The notes beneath the pieces were generated by a model. The model searched no databases. It saw nothing but the letters and a program-made list of their open reading frames with translations, and had not been told where the DNA came from. Below, one piece after another: positions 27,287 to 50,836 of a DNA stretch of 64,000 nt. The stretch's first letter is position 1. Each line of letters begins with the position of its first letter. Both the position numbers and the translations under genes were made by a program. This stretch comes from Octopus vulgaris (taxonomy: Eukaryota), in contig OX597822.1 in NCBI GenBank assembly GCA_951406725.2, forward strand, positions 27,342,001-27,406,000, written 5' to 3'.

Positions 27287-29600
27287 GTGACTGTTTTACT
27301 CACTTTTTTCTAGATCAGAGACAAGTATGTAGCACTTCGTCCGAGCATGCGCCTGACTGCGAGTTCGTGCCGTAGAAAAAACCTTAAGTGACAGAAATAC
27401 ATCTGATCCTCTCGCTAGTCGCCGTTGAGACAAATTTTCGTCTCTCTCTAGTATTCATTTTGATTTTATAATACGGCAAGTCTATAAGAGTAATTATCTC
27501 AGGAGAAATACTGTAGAAACTAGTCTATAGAAGTGCGCATACCTTAATTGTAATACACAGATCGACTGTAATGTCATTTGCTTTGTTCACAACAGCATTG
27601 GATTGGAAAATTCGTAAGCCTTGCAGACGAATGTTTTGCGGTATTCTGAGAGTAAATCTCATCGCTGAGATCAACCTTTCCTTTAGTTTCTCTGGGGTTG
27701 ATAAATATAGTACCAGTCAAAGTACGGTGTTCGATGTAACTCTAGGATCGATAGAACAATTACCCACCACGCAAAGTGCTGTTTATGAACCAGAAACTAT
27801 TAAATGCTTCGTGCTTTGATACTATTATCACATAGAGATCATTGGCTTCCTTCTGCTTATCTTTCTTTTGCCGTGTGACCATGAGATCGTCTCGTATAAT
27901 AAATTTCGATATTTCACTGTCTTATAAAATCGATTTCTAGATTTTCATTCGAGTAAGTATTAAAGCATTCTTCACGGCACACGCATACAGACACACTTAC
28001 ACTCACACAGACGTATGAGTTTTCTGGTATTGCAACAGTTGTTTCATAAACAGTTCTTATTTTGACGTAAGCATAATACAATTAGCTAGATTGTGTAAGA
28101 CGTTACATAATGTCCAACTCATCAGGTAATGGAGGCAAATAATTGACCAACGACTTGTTGATAAATCAACTGATTATCAAGGGAAATTCCTCATCAGAAT
28201 GCTAACCTTTAAGAAATTGAAGATAGATGTCTCTCCGAGCTGTTAATAGAAGTAAGATAGTCGAACGAGGTTGTAAATATAAAAACAGATGGGGTTATCA
28301 TGATAATATCATTAATATAATACACTTAGCAACCTCACCCATAAACGTGAGTAGAGACAGAACAAATCCAAGTATATTAAATCTCAGGCGCCAAGCAAAC
28401 ATTAACCCCTGCCGTTCGAAGGCAATCGTTGATAATAAAGTTATTCTTTCCTACTCTAGGCACAAGGCCCGAAATTTTTGGAGAGAGGGCCAGTCGATTA
28501 GATCGACCCCAGAATGCAACTGGTAGTTAATTTATCGACCCCGAAAGGATGAAAGACAAAAACCGACCTCGGCGGAATTTGAACTCAAAACGTAAAGACA
28601 GACGAAATACCTATTTCTTTATTACCCACAAGGGGCTAAACACAGAGGGGACAAACAAGGACAGAAAAACGGATTAAGTCGATTATATCGACCCCAGTGC
28701 GTAACTGGTACTTATTTAATCGACCCCGAAAGGATGAAAGGCAAAGTCAACCTCGGCAGAATTTGAACTCAGAACGTAGCGGCAGACGAAATAACGCAAA
28801 GCATTTCGCTCAGCGTCCTAACGTATCTGCCAGCTGGACGCTTTACGAAAATAAAATTGTTGTTACTATACTATTTTACATTCAGCATTAGCTTTTCATT
28901 TCCTTAATTAATTATGATAAAAACGGAGAGGAAAAAGGATAGGGAGGGAAAGGGAAGGAAGCAACAAAACAAAACATGATAAATGAAGTACAGAGAAATA
29001 GAAAGATAAAACTAGAGAGAATGAGAAGAAATAATAGAGAGGAAAAATAGAGAGAAAGGGAAAAATAGAGAGGTAAAATAGAGAGAGAATTGACTCACAC
29101 TATTACTGGAAGACGGATCAGTATAAACAAGCAAACGAATTAATACATAAAGGAATGTGCTCATTAGAATAATGAAATTTGTATATCTAATAATCTATGT
29201 TAATTTGACGGTATAAATTTATAAATACACAAATTTTCGAATTTGTGTAGAATAGCGAAATATTTAAATATCATTTAATTATTTGTAAATAATCTATCAA
29301 TTGAAAGGTCAGATTTTACTTGGGAAAATAAATAATCAGAACTAATAATCCGATAAATAATCAGGAAAACCATGCAGTTCATTAGTTAGTCAAAACATTG
29401 TCTAATGATTAAAATTTCTGTAGAGTTAAATAAGGAAATGTGAAAATAACCATAAAAGTTATAGAGGTCATATCACAATGAATCTTAATGGAATTCACAT
29501 TGTAACGAATTAAAATGATTGTAATTAGGAAGGACGATGCAGTTATTATAAATACATCTCAATGCTTGAATTAGAATGTAAATTTTAAATAATACACAGT
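27287..29600 (+). pseudogene. N: EVE copy B: paramyxovirus nucleocapsid N
   Basis: 28060-28440: VQLIR*WRQIIDQRLV..GKFL ~ measles DSELRRWIKYTQQRRV..RKWL; ELLIEVR ~ Nipah EILIEVK; IHLAT~AGLAS. About 29137 ELIHKGMCSL~ELENSMGGL; IAKYLNI~LASELGI. Length after removing inserts is about 1.55 kb, as expected for N. Start position uncertain. Confidence 0.7.
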
Positions 29601-29613
29601 ATCTATTAAAAAT

Positions 29614-29632
29614 CTATTAAAAATCTTGAGCA
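29614..29632 (+). promoter_or_regulatory. Degenerate N-P gene junction
   Basis: ctattaaaaatcttgagca resembles TTA..AAAA-CTT-AGG, just upstream of gta gct gaa (VAE ~ P start MAE). Confidence 0.4.
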
Positions 29633-30059
29633 AGAGTGGACAAGGGTAGCTGAATAAGATCCATTACAACAATAATAGTGGTAAGTACACAAAGATGATT
29701 GTAGAGATCTGTCACTAATAATAAAGTCTATACTGTAGGTCCACAGATTCCTGTAGATTATTCAAAAGAAATTTACGGAATTGGTTTAAAGTACGAAAAT
29801 TCTTTTCGTACTTTAGAATGAATGCAGATCATTTGATCTGTTAACTTAACTGTGCACTTTAATACTTCTAATACTTATTCCGCCGAGATCGACTTTACCT
29901 TTCATCCTTTCGGAGTCGATAACGAAAATATTAATGAAGCTCTAGAGGTCGTTGTAAAATCGACTTATTCTCAACCCGAAATTGCTGGCCTGGTGCCAAC
30001 ATTTGAAAGCAGTATTTCTATTATCTGGATACAGCAGAAACTACAAATATATCACTAAC

Positions 30060-30550
30060 AAGTAGTTAAACGTGTCTCACAATGATCAATGTTAAATAGA
30101 AACCAGCATCTTTAATCCTTAGTTCCCAGACTTTCGTTGCGAGCGATATTGATTTGGCCTTGTCCCTCCTTCTAAAGGTGTAGGATTTATTACGTAGTCT
30201 TAGTTTGAAAGAAGTGGAACCCATGCACGCAAATTTTTGTACGTTAGTTTCTAACATTATATTTATACCCGATGTCTTTGCTCAAGTATCCGTTATCTAG
30301 CTCGACTTCAATTTTATACCTAAAAGTTGACGCCGGGGTTAGAGTATAGTGGGTTATATGATTCGTACAGCTGTATCATTAAAATTATTATCAACGTTAG
30401 ACACTCCATCGACATTAATATTACCAAGATAATCATATAAGATAAATCATAAGCAACAATATGTTCTACAGGTGCTCCGAAATAATTTACTCGTTTTCAT
30501 TATTATTACAATTGTAAGTTAGAATTATGACCAAATATTCACTACAAATA
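30060..30550 (-). mobile_element. Penelope-like GIY-YIG endonuclease fragment
   Basis: GSTSFKLRLRNKSYTFRRRDKAKSISLATKVWEL matches the Penelope EN pattern FKxRxxNHxxSF..TxLSxxxWxL. Confidence 0.7.
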
Positions 30551-30831
30551 TCCACACCGTTACAAACAGAATTATTATTGTAGCCATTATTACTAGCGTT
30601 AATATTCTTTTCTACTTCAGGTGCAGGGCCCGAAATTTTGGGGGAGGGGGCCAGTCGATTAAATAGATCCCAGAACGCAACTGGTACTTAATTCATCGAC
30701 CCCGAAAGGATGAAATGCAAAGTCAATATCGGCGGAATTTAAACTCGGAACGTAAAGACAGACCAAATACATTTGGGGGTCGATGTAAACGAAAGGTCTG
30801 GTGCCTTTAGTAGAAAAGATCATCATCATCC

Positions 30832-30913
<82 letters not shown>

Positions 30914-31109
30914 AATTATTATTTACTTCTAATCTACATGTTTGTTACAATCACTCGCCAAGTCACACTCAGCGTCCTAGGGCGAGTGACAGATAAGAAA
31001 TGTTACAGCATGACTTAAAGCTTGGAGAAGGGAAGTGGCAGGAGCAGTAGAGAAATATGTTCATGTAATACAACACATACATATAAATTGATAAGGTTTT
31101 TTTTTAAAT

Positions 31110-31310
31110 GTGGGCGGTACTTGTCAGCACAATCTTTTGGCTGCAGCGTCATCAACTGTCTCGTCCTTCTATCCAGTGTTGATATTTCCTCCTTAGTCCA
31201 TTTGAGGATGGACACACTATATCTGACCACCGCAACTGCCCAGATATTCATTGCAGTCATCAAATCTTTGGCATTCAGACTGGATTTCAACACCATCTTC
31301 ACCCTTAAAT
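31110..31310 (-). mobile_element. R4/Dong-like LINE RT C-terminal fragment
   Basis: RVKMVLKSSLNAKDLMTAMNIWAVAVVRYS..WTKEEISTLDRRTRQLMT. Confidence 0.75.
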
Positions 31311-32224
31311 AAGGGTTGTTTAAAGATGTTGAATGAAACACCATGTTTCCAGAGGTGAATTATTCAAACTCCAAAGAATTCCTCTCAACAAATGGCTATA
31401 ATATTCCCCCCCACTACTTCTGTTCGTGATCAGAGAAGCACATATCGTCAGCCACCAAAGAATATGCTGAACTGGTTAAGGTGAAACAACTGACAAACAA
31501 GCAGAATATTTATTAATATTGTGTGAGAGAGCAGTGCATGCCATCAAAGTGACACTGGGGTATAATATACAAAGCCCAGTATACCCATCATGACTACCCG
31601 TCTGATAAGGGTACACCAGGCGCATGCATCACAACCATATGTGCGCGACAGGATGATCTCATATCAAGATAAACAGCACATGACCTTGCAGGTGGGCCCA
31701 GTTAGAATTTTCTTCTGGTCGAGTAGCCCATCCCACTCAAAATGTCCCTGGATAAGGATTGTTTAAGGATGTTGAACGAACCACCAATGTTTCCAAAGGT
31801 GAATTATCAAAACCTCTAAGAATTCCTTTCAACGCACGGCTATGATGCTCCCCCACTACTGCTCGTGATCAGAGAGCCACTAAGGGACATAGTCAACTGG
31901 TTAAGGTCAAACAACTGACAAGCAAATCTGTGGTATTGAGCAGAATATTTGCTGTAGCCCTATTATTATTATTATAACGGTCATTGCCACTACTATTAAC
32001 AGTATTGTTAAATTCCTGCATCATATGAGTGTCGGGGAGTAAAGTAGCAGGAATTACAGTTATGCGAAAATAGTCCGTAGGATACTTTCGGGTACATCTG
32101 AAATTACAGATTACCTAATCACAGAGATCTTCCTTCACATATTAGACAAGGCCTTAGGCTTGCTGCGTATATTGAGGTTCGGATAAAGTTGTTAAGTCTT
32201 GGATTAACAGTGTATGCAATGGAA

Positions 32225-32613
32225 TACTTTATGTCTTTCAACAAGATTCTACGAAAATTTGCATGATCACATCACACCCAACATTTGGTTTCCTAATTCT
32301 CCAGATCTCAATTCAATGGACTACTATGTATGAAGGATTGTTGAGAAAAATGTCAGCACCAAAATGTTTTGAAAGCCGGCATAGTTCGAGTCATGTCCGA
32401 TTTGGACAAGAACTACTTAATCCGGGCTTATAATGATTTTGACTCCGCGTAGAGGCAGTTATTGATGCTTATGGTGGTTTTATTGAATGGATTATTAATT
32501 TGATTATTTAGCTTTATGGTTATGTTATTTTATAAAAATACAGTTTCTTCTGCTATTTTTCTGTTATTAAGCGATTTTTTAAAACCATGAATGTGTCCTC
32601 AAATACCGTCTGC

Positions 32614-32618
<5 letters not shown>
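32225..32618 (+). mobile_element. maT-like mariner 3' fragment
   Basis: HITPNIWFPNSPDLNSMDYYV; ends caccctata. Confidence 0.75.
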
Positions 32619-32686
<68 letters not shown>

Positions 32687-32753
32687 TTTATTTAAGAGCA
32701 GGAGAAATATATCAAAAGCTGTTATTCAGAGTTTCACGTTCCCGATCGTCGGA

Positions 32754-32791
<38 letters not shown>

Positions 32792-32909
32792 ATAGATAGA
32801 CATACGTATTTATGTATGTATCTATACACAGACACATATGCATTGATTATGTGTATATAAACATGTATATACATAAACACACTCGCACATTCCCACACTA
32901 ACACATACA

Positions 32910-32943
<34 letters not shown>

Positions 32944-33114
32944 GACATCTATAGTTAACGTAATATTATAATATATTACGCATTACATGCTTTTTGTTTT
33001 CAATTTCTAAAATATCCATTGTTTCAATTAAGATGAGAATTCATAACAGTCTCGACTTACTTTGAAAACTGAATGAGATCAGGTAAGATAATATTTTACG
33101 ATAATTGAACTTTA

Positions 33115-33750
33115 AAACTGACCAATAGTTACAATGTTCTGTCCTCGATAGCAATATGCTTCTATTGTAATATTGCTTTGTGCATGATCGTCGATTATAT
33201 TTCACATAATACATGCTGGCATATTGCTTTCGATCGCTGTCATCATCATTCAAACAATGAATACATTTCAATGAAGAAATGTATTCTCCTTCAATATCTT
33301 GCTCGTTGCCAGAGTGGTCTTTGTTTCTTTGAAATGCCAAGTGTTTTCTATATTCAAGTAAATTTATCCAATGTCCTTGATTTTCCACATCATGGTCGGC
33401 TGCTTAACGAAATCTGTTCGCAATTATGTAGAACCAAGGTCGATATCGTAGCCTTGATTTGACCACAAAGGAAGTCGTGTGAACGAAACGGTGTTGATTG
33501 AAATGCTCCTTTAGACACTTCTCCAGTCATTTCACATCGTCATTTGACACCATGGCAAGCGTTTGTGTATGATCACGGATCTGTGAAAAATTCAGAAATT
33601 GTGCTTCTGTCTCCCATTTTCCTTATGATCTTGAAGGTCACATAGAAATTTAATGAGTACTCTCCTCTCATTTTTTTTTACTAAGCCATTAAAAATATTA
33701 TACGTCATGGCGTACTCTGACCATAGTCGATTTCCTGAAGACGACAGACA
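33115..33750 (-). mobile_element. Tc1/mariner transposase remnant
   Basis: Minus strand ..LNDDDSDRKQY..HCNYWS resembles LxEDDxDRR..NCRYWS of Tc1/rosa-type elements. Confidence 0.6.
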
Positions 33751-34325
33751 CATAGAAAGAAAAAAAGAAAAAAAGAAAGAAAGATAGATAGACAGACAGA
33801 TAGATAAAAAGAGATAGACTGATGAGAGAAGTATTGACTTAATGCAGGTAAGGTACCTTATTATCGATACCGTAAGGATGACAAACAATGATGGCCCTAT
33901 GGGATTTAAGCTTGCAGCCAGAACCAATACCACAGCGCTTTGAATCCGACATTCTAACTTTAGCTTCCATTCGGTTTCTTTGTTTATGTACTTTATTTAG
34001 TTTAGTTTTCGAGTAAAAATGTGTATAAATCGACCAGAGGCAATATCTATCCTACTTTGACAGACATTAAAAAGTAAAAGAAAAACAATACAAAATAACA
34101 ATCATACACATACAAGAGCCAGATTTATGCTAGAGTCAATTCAGTCTTATCTATGTTTGCATTTAAATTAGATAGGCAATTCAAAATAACAACGGAAAAA
34201 ACAATATGAGTTTGACTATGAAAATATGTTTTAGAATAGTTTATGAATAATTTAGTTTAAAGATGACAGTCACAGATAATTCTACACCGAATCATCTGAT
34301 TATACATGCAAATAAGCAAACGTTA

Positions 34326-37328
<3,003 letters not shown>

Positions 37329-37475
37329 GAATTGCATTTATAAGGCGGGGGTGGATCGGAGGTCGTGGCAGCTCCCGTAACACATCAGGTTCATATGCAA
37401 AATATAACGAATTAAAACGAAAATTGAAATTGGCCCAAGGCATCCTTTATTAGGATTTGAGATGATACAAAGTTC

Positions 37476-37980
37476 ATGGATTTCTTCCTCCTAGGTATTA
37501 ACATCGCTATTCAAAAGTAATCAAAACAAATTTCTCTTGAGATGCTAATATTGGGTCAATATATTTCCTTCCCCTGTGGCTTAATTATGTTTCAGCACGA
37601 CTGATACATGCAAAGCTAGATTCACCATTATCTGCTACATCAATCGGAAAACCAATTATTTAGAGCAGAACGAGGAGTTCCAAACGAAGTCGAAATTACG
37701 TTTGTTTCGGAGAAATATTCCCCAAAGTAGATAGGCCAAATAAAAGTGTCCTGCAATGGAGAGTATAACATAAATGTAGTAAATGGAGTTGTATTTATAA
37801 ATATTCGTTAAATACAACAGAAATCAGTGCACAATATTCATAAGGGCCGCAGTATGCCTATTTCAAGCCAGGTAGATGATATATGAAATAATACACAATA
37901 TGTGTGTGTAATATAAAATAGTACAGTATAGTATAGTTTTGTCTAGTATAGTATAATGCACTACAGTATGGTATAGAATA

Positions 37981-38036
<56 letters not shown>

Positions 38037-38932
38037 ATATACAAATATGGATCAAAGATTTATAATCCATACATGGGCCATCTTTCGTTTGTCCAGTTTC
38101 CCGTATATATATGTATATATATGTATCTATATGTATATATAATTCAATAAAAATGGTAAATAATTTTCCTGTGGTTTATCATGTAACCAACAATTATTTA
38201 CCGGTAAATTTCGGTATGTAAATACGACAAATTAATTGTCAAGACCTTTGTAAGGTTCAGTATATAGTAAAGAAAAAGTAAGAAGGTTAACAGCAGGCTG
38301 TTTCACCTCATACCTAAGAAATTAGAAATGGCAGTCAAAGACCGTTTTTCCAATTTCTATAAGTGGAGAATCCAAAAACGAAGGCCCTTACGGCTCACAT
38401 ACACAAAACCGGAGTGGCAAATATACGAATTCAATCACTTACCGTTAATAGCGGACATATGTTTCTGGATCGCAAACATGGAAATCAGTTTGAATTCCGT
38501 CATCGGCGCTATATTCAATAGCTTTACTAAATGCCACTAGCCCTCACTTCTGACCCAGCGACATCAGATAGTGGGGGGAAGCGTGCAGATATTAAAACTA
38601 AGTGGCGACTGGGAACGTAAATTTTCCCTCCAAAATTCTGCCATGCGCGCTTTCTGGGTAATCGTAATGGAATGAGGAATCCACATGGTAATTCAATAAA
38701 AATGGTAAATAATTTTCCTGTGGTTTATCATGTAACCAACAATTATTTACCGGTAAATTTCGGTATGTAAATACGACAAATTAATTGTCAAGACCTTTGT
38801 AAGGTTCAGTATATAGTAAAGAAAAAGTAAGAAGGTTAACAGCAGGCTGTTTCACCTCATACCGAAGGAATTAGAAATGGCAGTCAAAGACCGTTTTTCC
38901 AATTTCTATAAGTGGAGAATCCAAAATCTATA

Positions 38933-38980
<48 letters not shown>

Positions 38981-39090
38981 GGCAAAACATTCAAACACTG
39001 ACATTTGAAATCAGATGTCACTACTGTTCATATCATCTGTGGATAAATTTTAAAATTGATGATATCACCAGCAGTGACATAGGTAGTTCG
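37476..39090 (+). pseudogene. Extra, internally deleted F-like segment between M and F
   Basis: MDFFLLGINIAIQK*SKQI ~ signal peptide ..LLTLQTPTGQI. VNGV-(22 aa)-PISSQVDDI has the same spacing as measles F VNGV-(22 aa)-PISLERLDV. After an insert, SLLFISSVD/ILKLM~ELLESSDQILRSM. Confidence 0.45.
38160..38927. mobile_element. Element with about 235-bp direct terminal repeats (38160-38375 and 38689-38927), LTR/TRIM- or Penelope-pLTR-like, inserted in (TA)n
   Basis: taattcaataaaaatggtaaataattttcctgtgg..aagtggagaatccaaaa occurs twice, nearly identical. Confidence 0.7.
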
Positions 39091-39370
39091 TAGGCGCAAT
39101 AGCATTAAATAGCTATGAATTATAAATTTGCACGAAGCGTAAGGAAGCTTAACAAGCATCCACCTGCTAGAAATAAGAGCTAAAGTCTTAAGTTTATCCA
39201 CCGCACCGCACCAAGATAACAGAGGAAAACAGTATGCGAGGAAAATAGAAAGAATTAAAACATTGAACAGCACAAATAAAAATATCATGCAAATAGGGAT
39301 ATCCACAAACTAGGTTTCGGCATTTGGGTATTTAAACCCTGAGCCCCGTCAGTGTGGCCTACCGGGTAAT

Positions 39371-39459
<89 letters not shown>

Positions 39460-39849
39460 CATCGGACCCGGGCGTTGTGAGTGTTTATTGAACAAAAACA
39501 CCTGTAGCTCCACGAGGCTCCGGCAGGGTGTGGTGGCGATCCCTGCTGTACTCTTTCGCCACACTTTCTCTCACACTTTCCTCTGCTGGCCTGCTCGATT
39601 AGCCAGTGGGGTGGCGTCATTTGAAAGCTAAAACAATGCGAAGCGCATTGTGACCAGCGATGTGTAGCAACATCTGATAGACTGGTCGGTCACTGTGATA
39701 TATACATATACACACAACATATTTACATTGCTGATATCATACATATATAATGAGTGGTTATAAAACACAAGGATTTAGGTGCAAGAAGTTAGTAAGCTTC
39801 GAATAGTTCGTAGTAGGTATAAAAAACAACTTTCAGGAATAATAATAGT

Positions 39850-48983
<9,134 letters not shown>

Positions 48984-49026
48984 TTGGGATTAATGATTAG
49001 TTGCTTATGTATATGGGCATGTATGA

Positions 49027-49077
<51 letters not shown>

Positions 49078-49105
49078 TATGTATGTGTACATATAAACAT
49101 AGATA

Positions 49106-49139
<34 letters not shown>

Positions 49140-49142
<3 letters not shown>

Positions 49143-49316
49143 GAAACCACCTTTTATCAGTTCAACAATGAAAAAAATAAATTATATATATATAATTTAG
49201 TCTTTTTATGTACATATTATATTTTGTGAAATTTAATTTCGTATTTCTAAATTGAATTTTTCCCTGTAAGTTTGGAATAATATTCCCTAATATATAAATA
49301 TGCATGTACGCATGTG

Positions 49317-49362
<46 letters not shown>

Positions 49363-50800
49363 CATAAATATGCCAAATATGAGGGTTTAGTTCACAGGTG
49401 ATCTAAATAATTAGGTACGCTAGGTAAGTGCTGTAACGGATTACTAGGGATCCAAGTTTATAACGAAGACGGTAGTTATGGAGACATTGTAGATTTCCGA
49501 TACAGCGGATATACAATTGTTTAAGAGGACAACAAACATTAAGACAAGGCAAACATCTCAAGTCATATACATTATTATCATTGGAAGAAATTCAAAGCCC
49601 TACAGCTGTTTCTAGCATATCCCAGAATATGAGATATTCCGTCATCGGAGTCAAATTGGGAAAATGAGAAGGGTGTAGATTAAGGAAATGGCAGCATAGA
49701 AGACTGGAGGAAAGAAATAAGGAGATGAAAAAAGAGAAGAATAACACCTAAGGACTTATGGCCTTAATTCTACAAGATCGGAAAGTTGGATATTTTATGC
49801 TTCTTTTTTCGTCTCTTTCTTCATCTCCTTATTCCTTTACTCCTGCCCTCTATGTCGTCATTTTATTAATCTATACCCTTCTCATTTTCCCTCTTTGTTT
49901 CCGATGACGGAATATCCCATACTCAGAAACAGCTGTTAGACTTTTAATTGTTTTCCAATAACAATAATGTATATGACTTGAGATGTTTGCTTTGCCTTCA
50001 CTTTTGTTGTCCTCTTTAACAATGACATATATATGTATATATATATATATACACATATATATGTCAGCGTGTGTACATATACCTACACATATATAGATAT
50101 AGGTAAAAAAATGTGTAAACTAAGACGCAGCCACATGCCAACACACCCACGCGCAAACACATACACTCATACACCCACACGAACATACATATACACAAAA
50201 CAGTTATATGACGCAGCAAATGTGAAGCATGCAAATTGGGTTATAGACGAAGAATGGTTGATAAGTAGAATCTTTGTACGCGCAGAGTTTGATCGAGAGG
50301 CAGATCTCGATTTGTCGAAATTATTTTAAAGATTCAAAATACTGTGAAATATTTGATAAGAGACTTTTAACCTTGCGTTTCAATATACAAGCATGGTATC
50401 ACAGCCTAGAAAAAATTCAGAGGGTCTTGTTTCTGAAATGGATTGCTAAGAACTCGATTTTAAGCACTAAAACACATACAGGAACATCTTGATGAAAAGC
50501 TGCAAACAAGATCGTAAAAAAGTAACATCGATTACAGAATCGACCAATATGTATGGGAAAACGGATCAGTTTGTAGTCGATAATTTAACCAGGTACACAT
50601 CTAGTAGGAAAAAACAAAGGTAACACCAGGCAAGAGAGTACTCATAAAATACCATAGCAAACATCTATTCATTCTGGGTGTATTTTTCCCGAAATTATTA
50701 CAAGTTAAATGAACTTTGCACTTAATTCTTCTGACTATAACATTATTATAGGGCAATATATATATATATGCAGATATTTACAAACACACGTACACACACA

Positions 50801-50836
<36 letters not shown>

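Larger units (their letters stand above)
29646..34280 (+). pseudogene. P: EVE copy B: P/V gene remnants (about 29646-29870, 32010-32225, 33040-33115, 34010-34280)
   Basis: Position between N and M. RRILSGTSEITDYLIT~ARLASFGTEIASLLT; overlapping frame YI*NYRLPNHR..CMQW ~ V domain LIWNGDRVFIDR..CEQC; LNEIR*DN~LAKIHEDN; TDIKK*~ESIKKQ. P is poorly conserved, so the matches are weak. Confidence 0.4.

Noticed and set aside
27372-27419. gtagaaaaaacctt..ctagt as the L gene-end plus viral trailer
   Set aside because: Tempting, but it conflicts with an equally plausible N reading frame from 27287; cannot be resolved by eye
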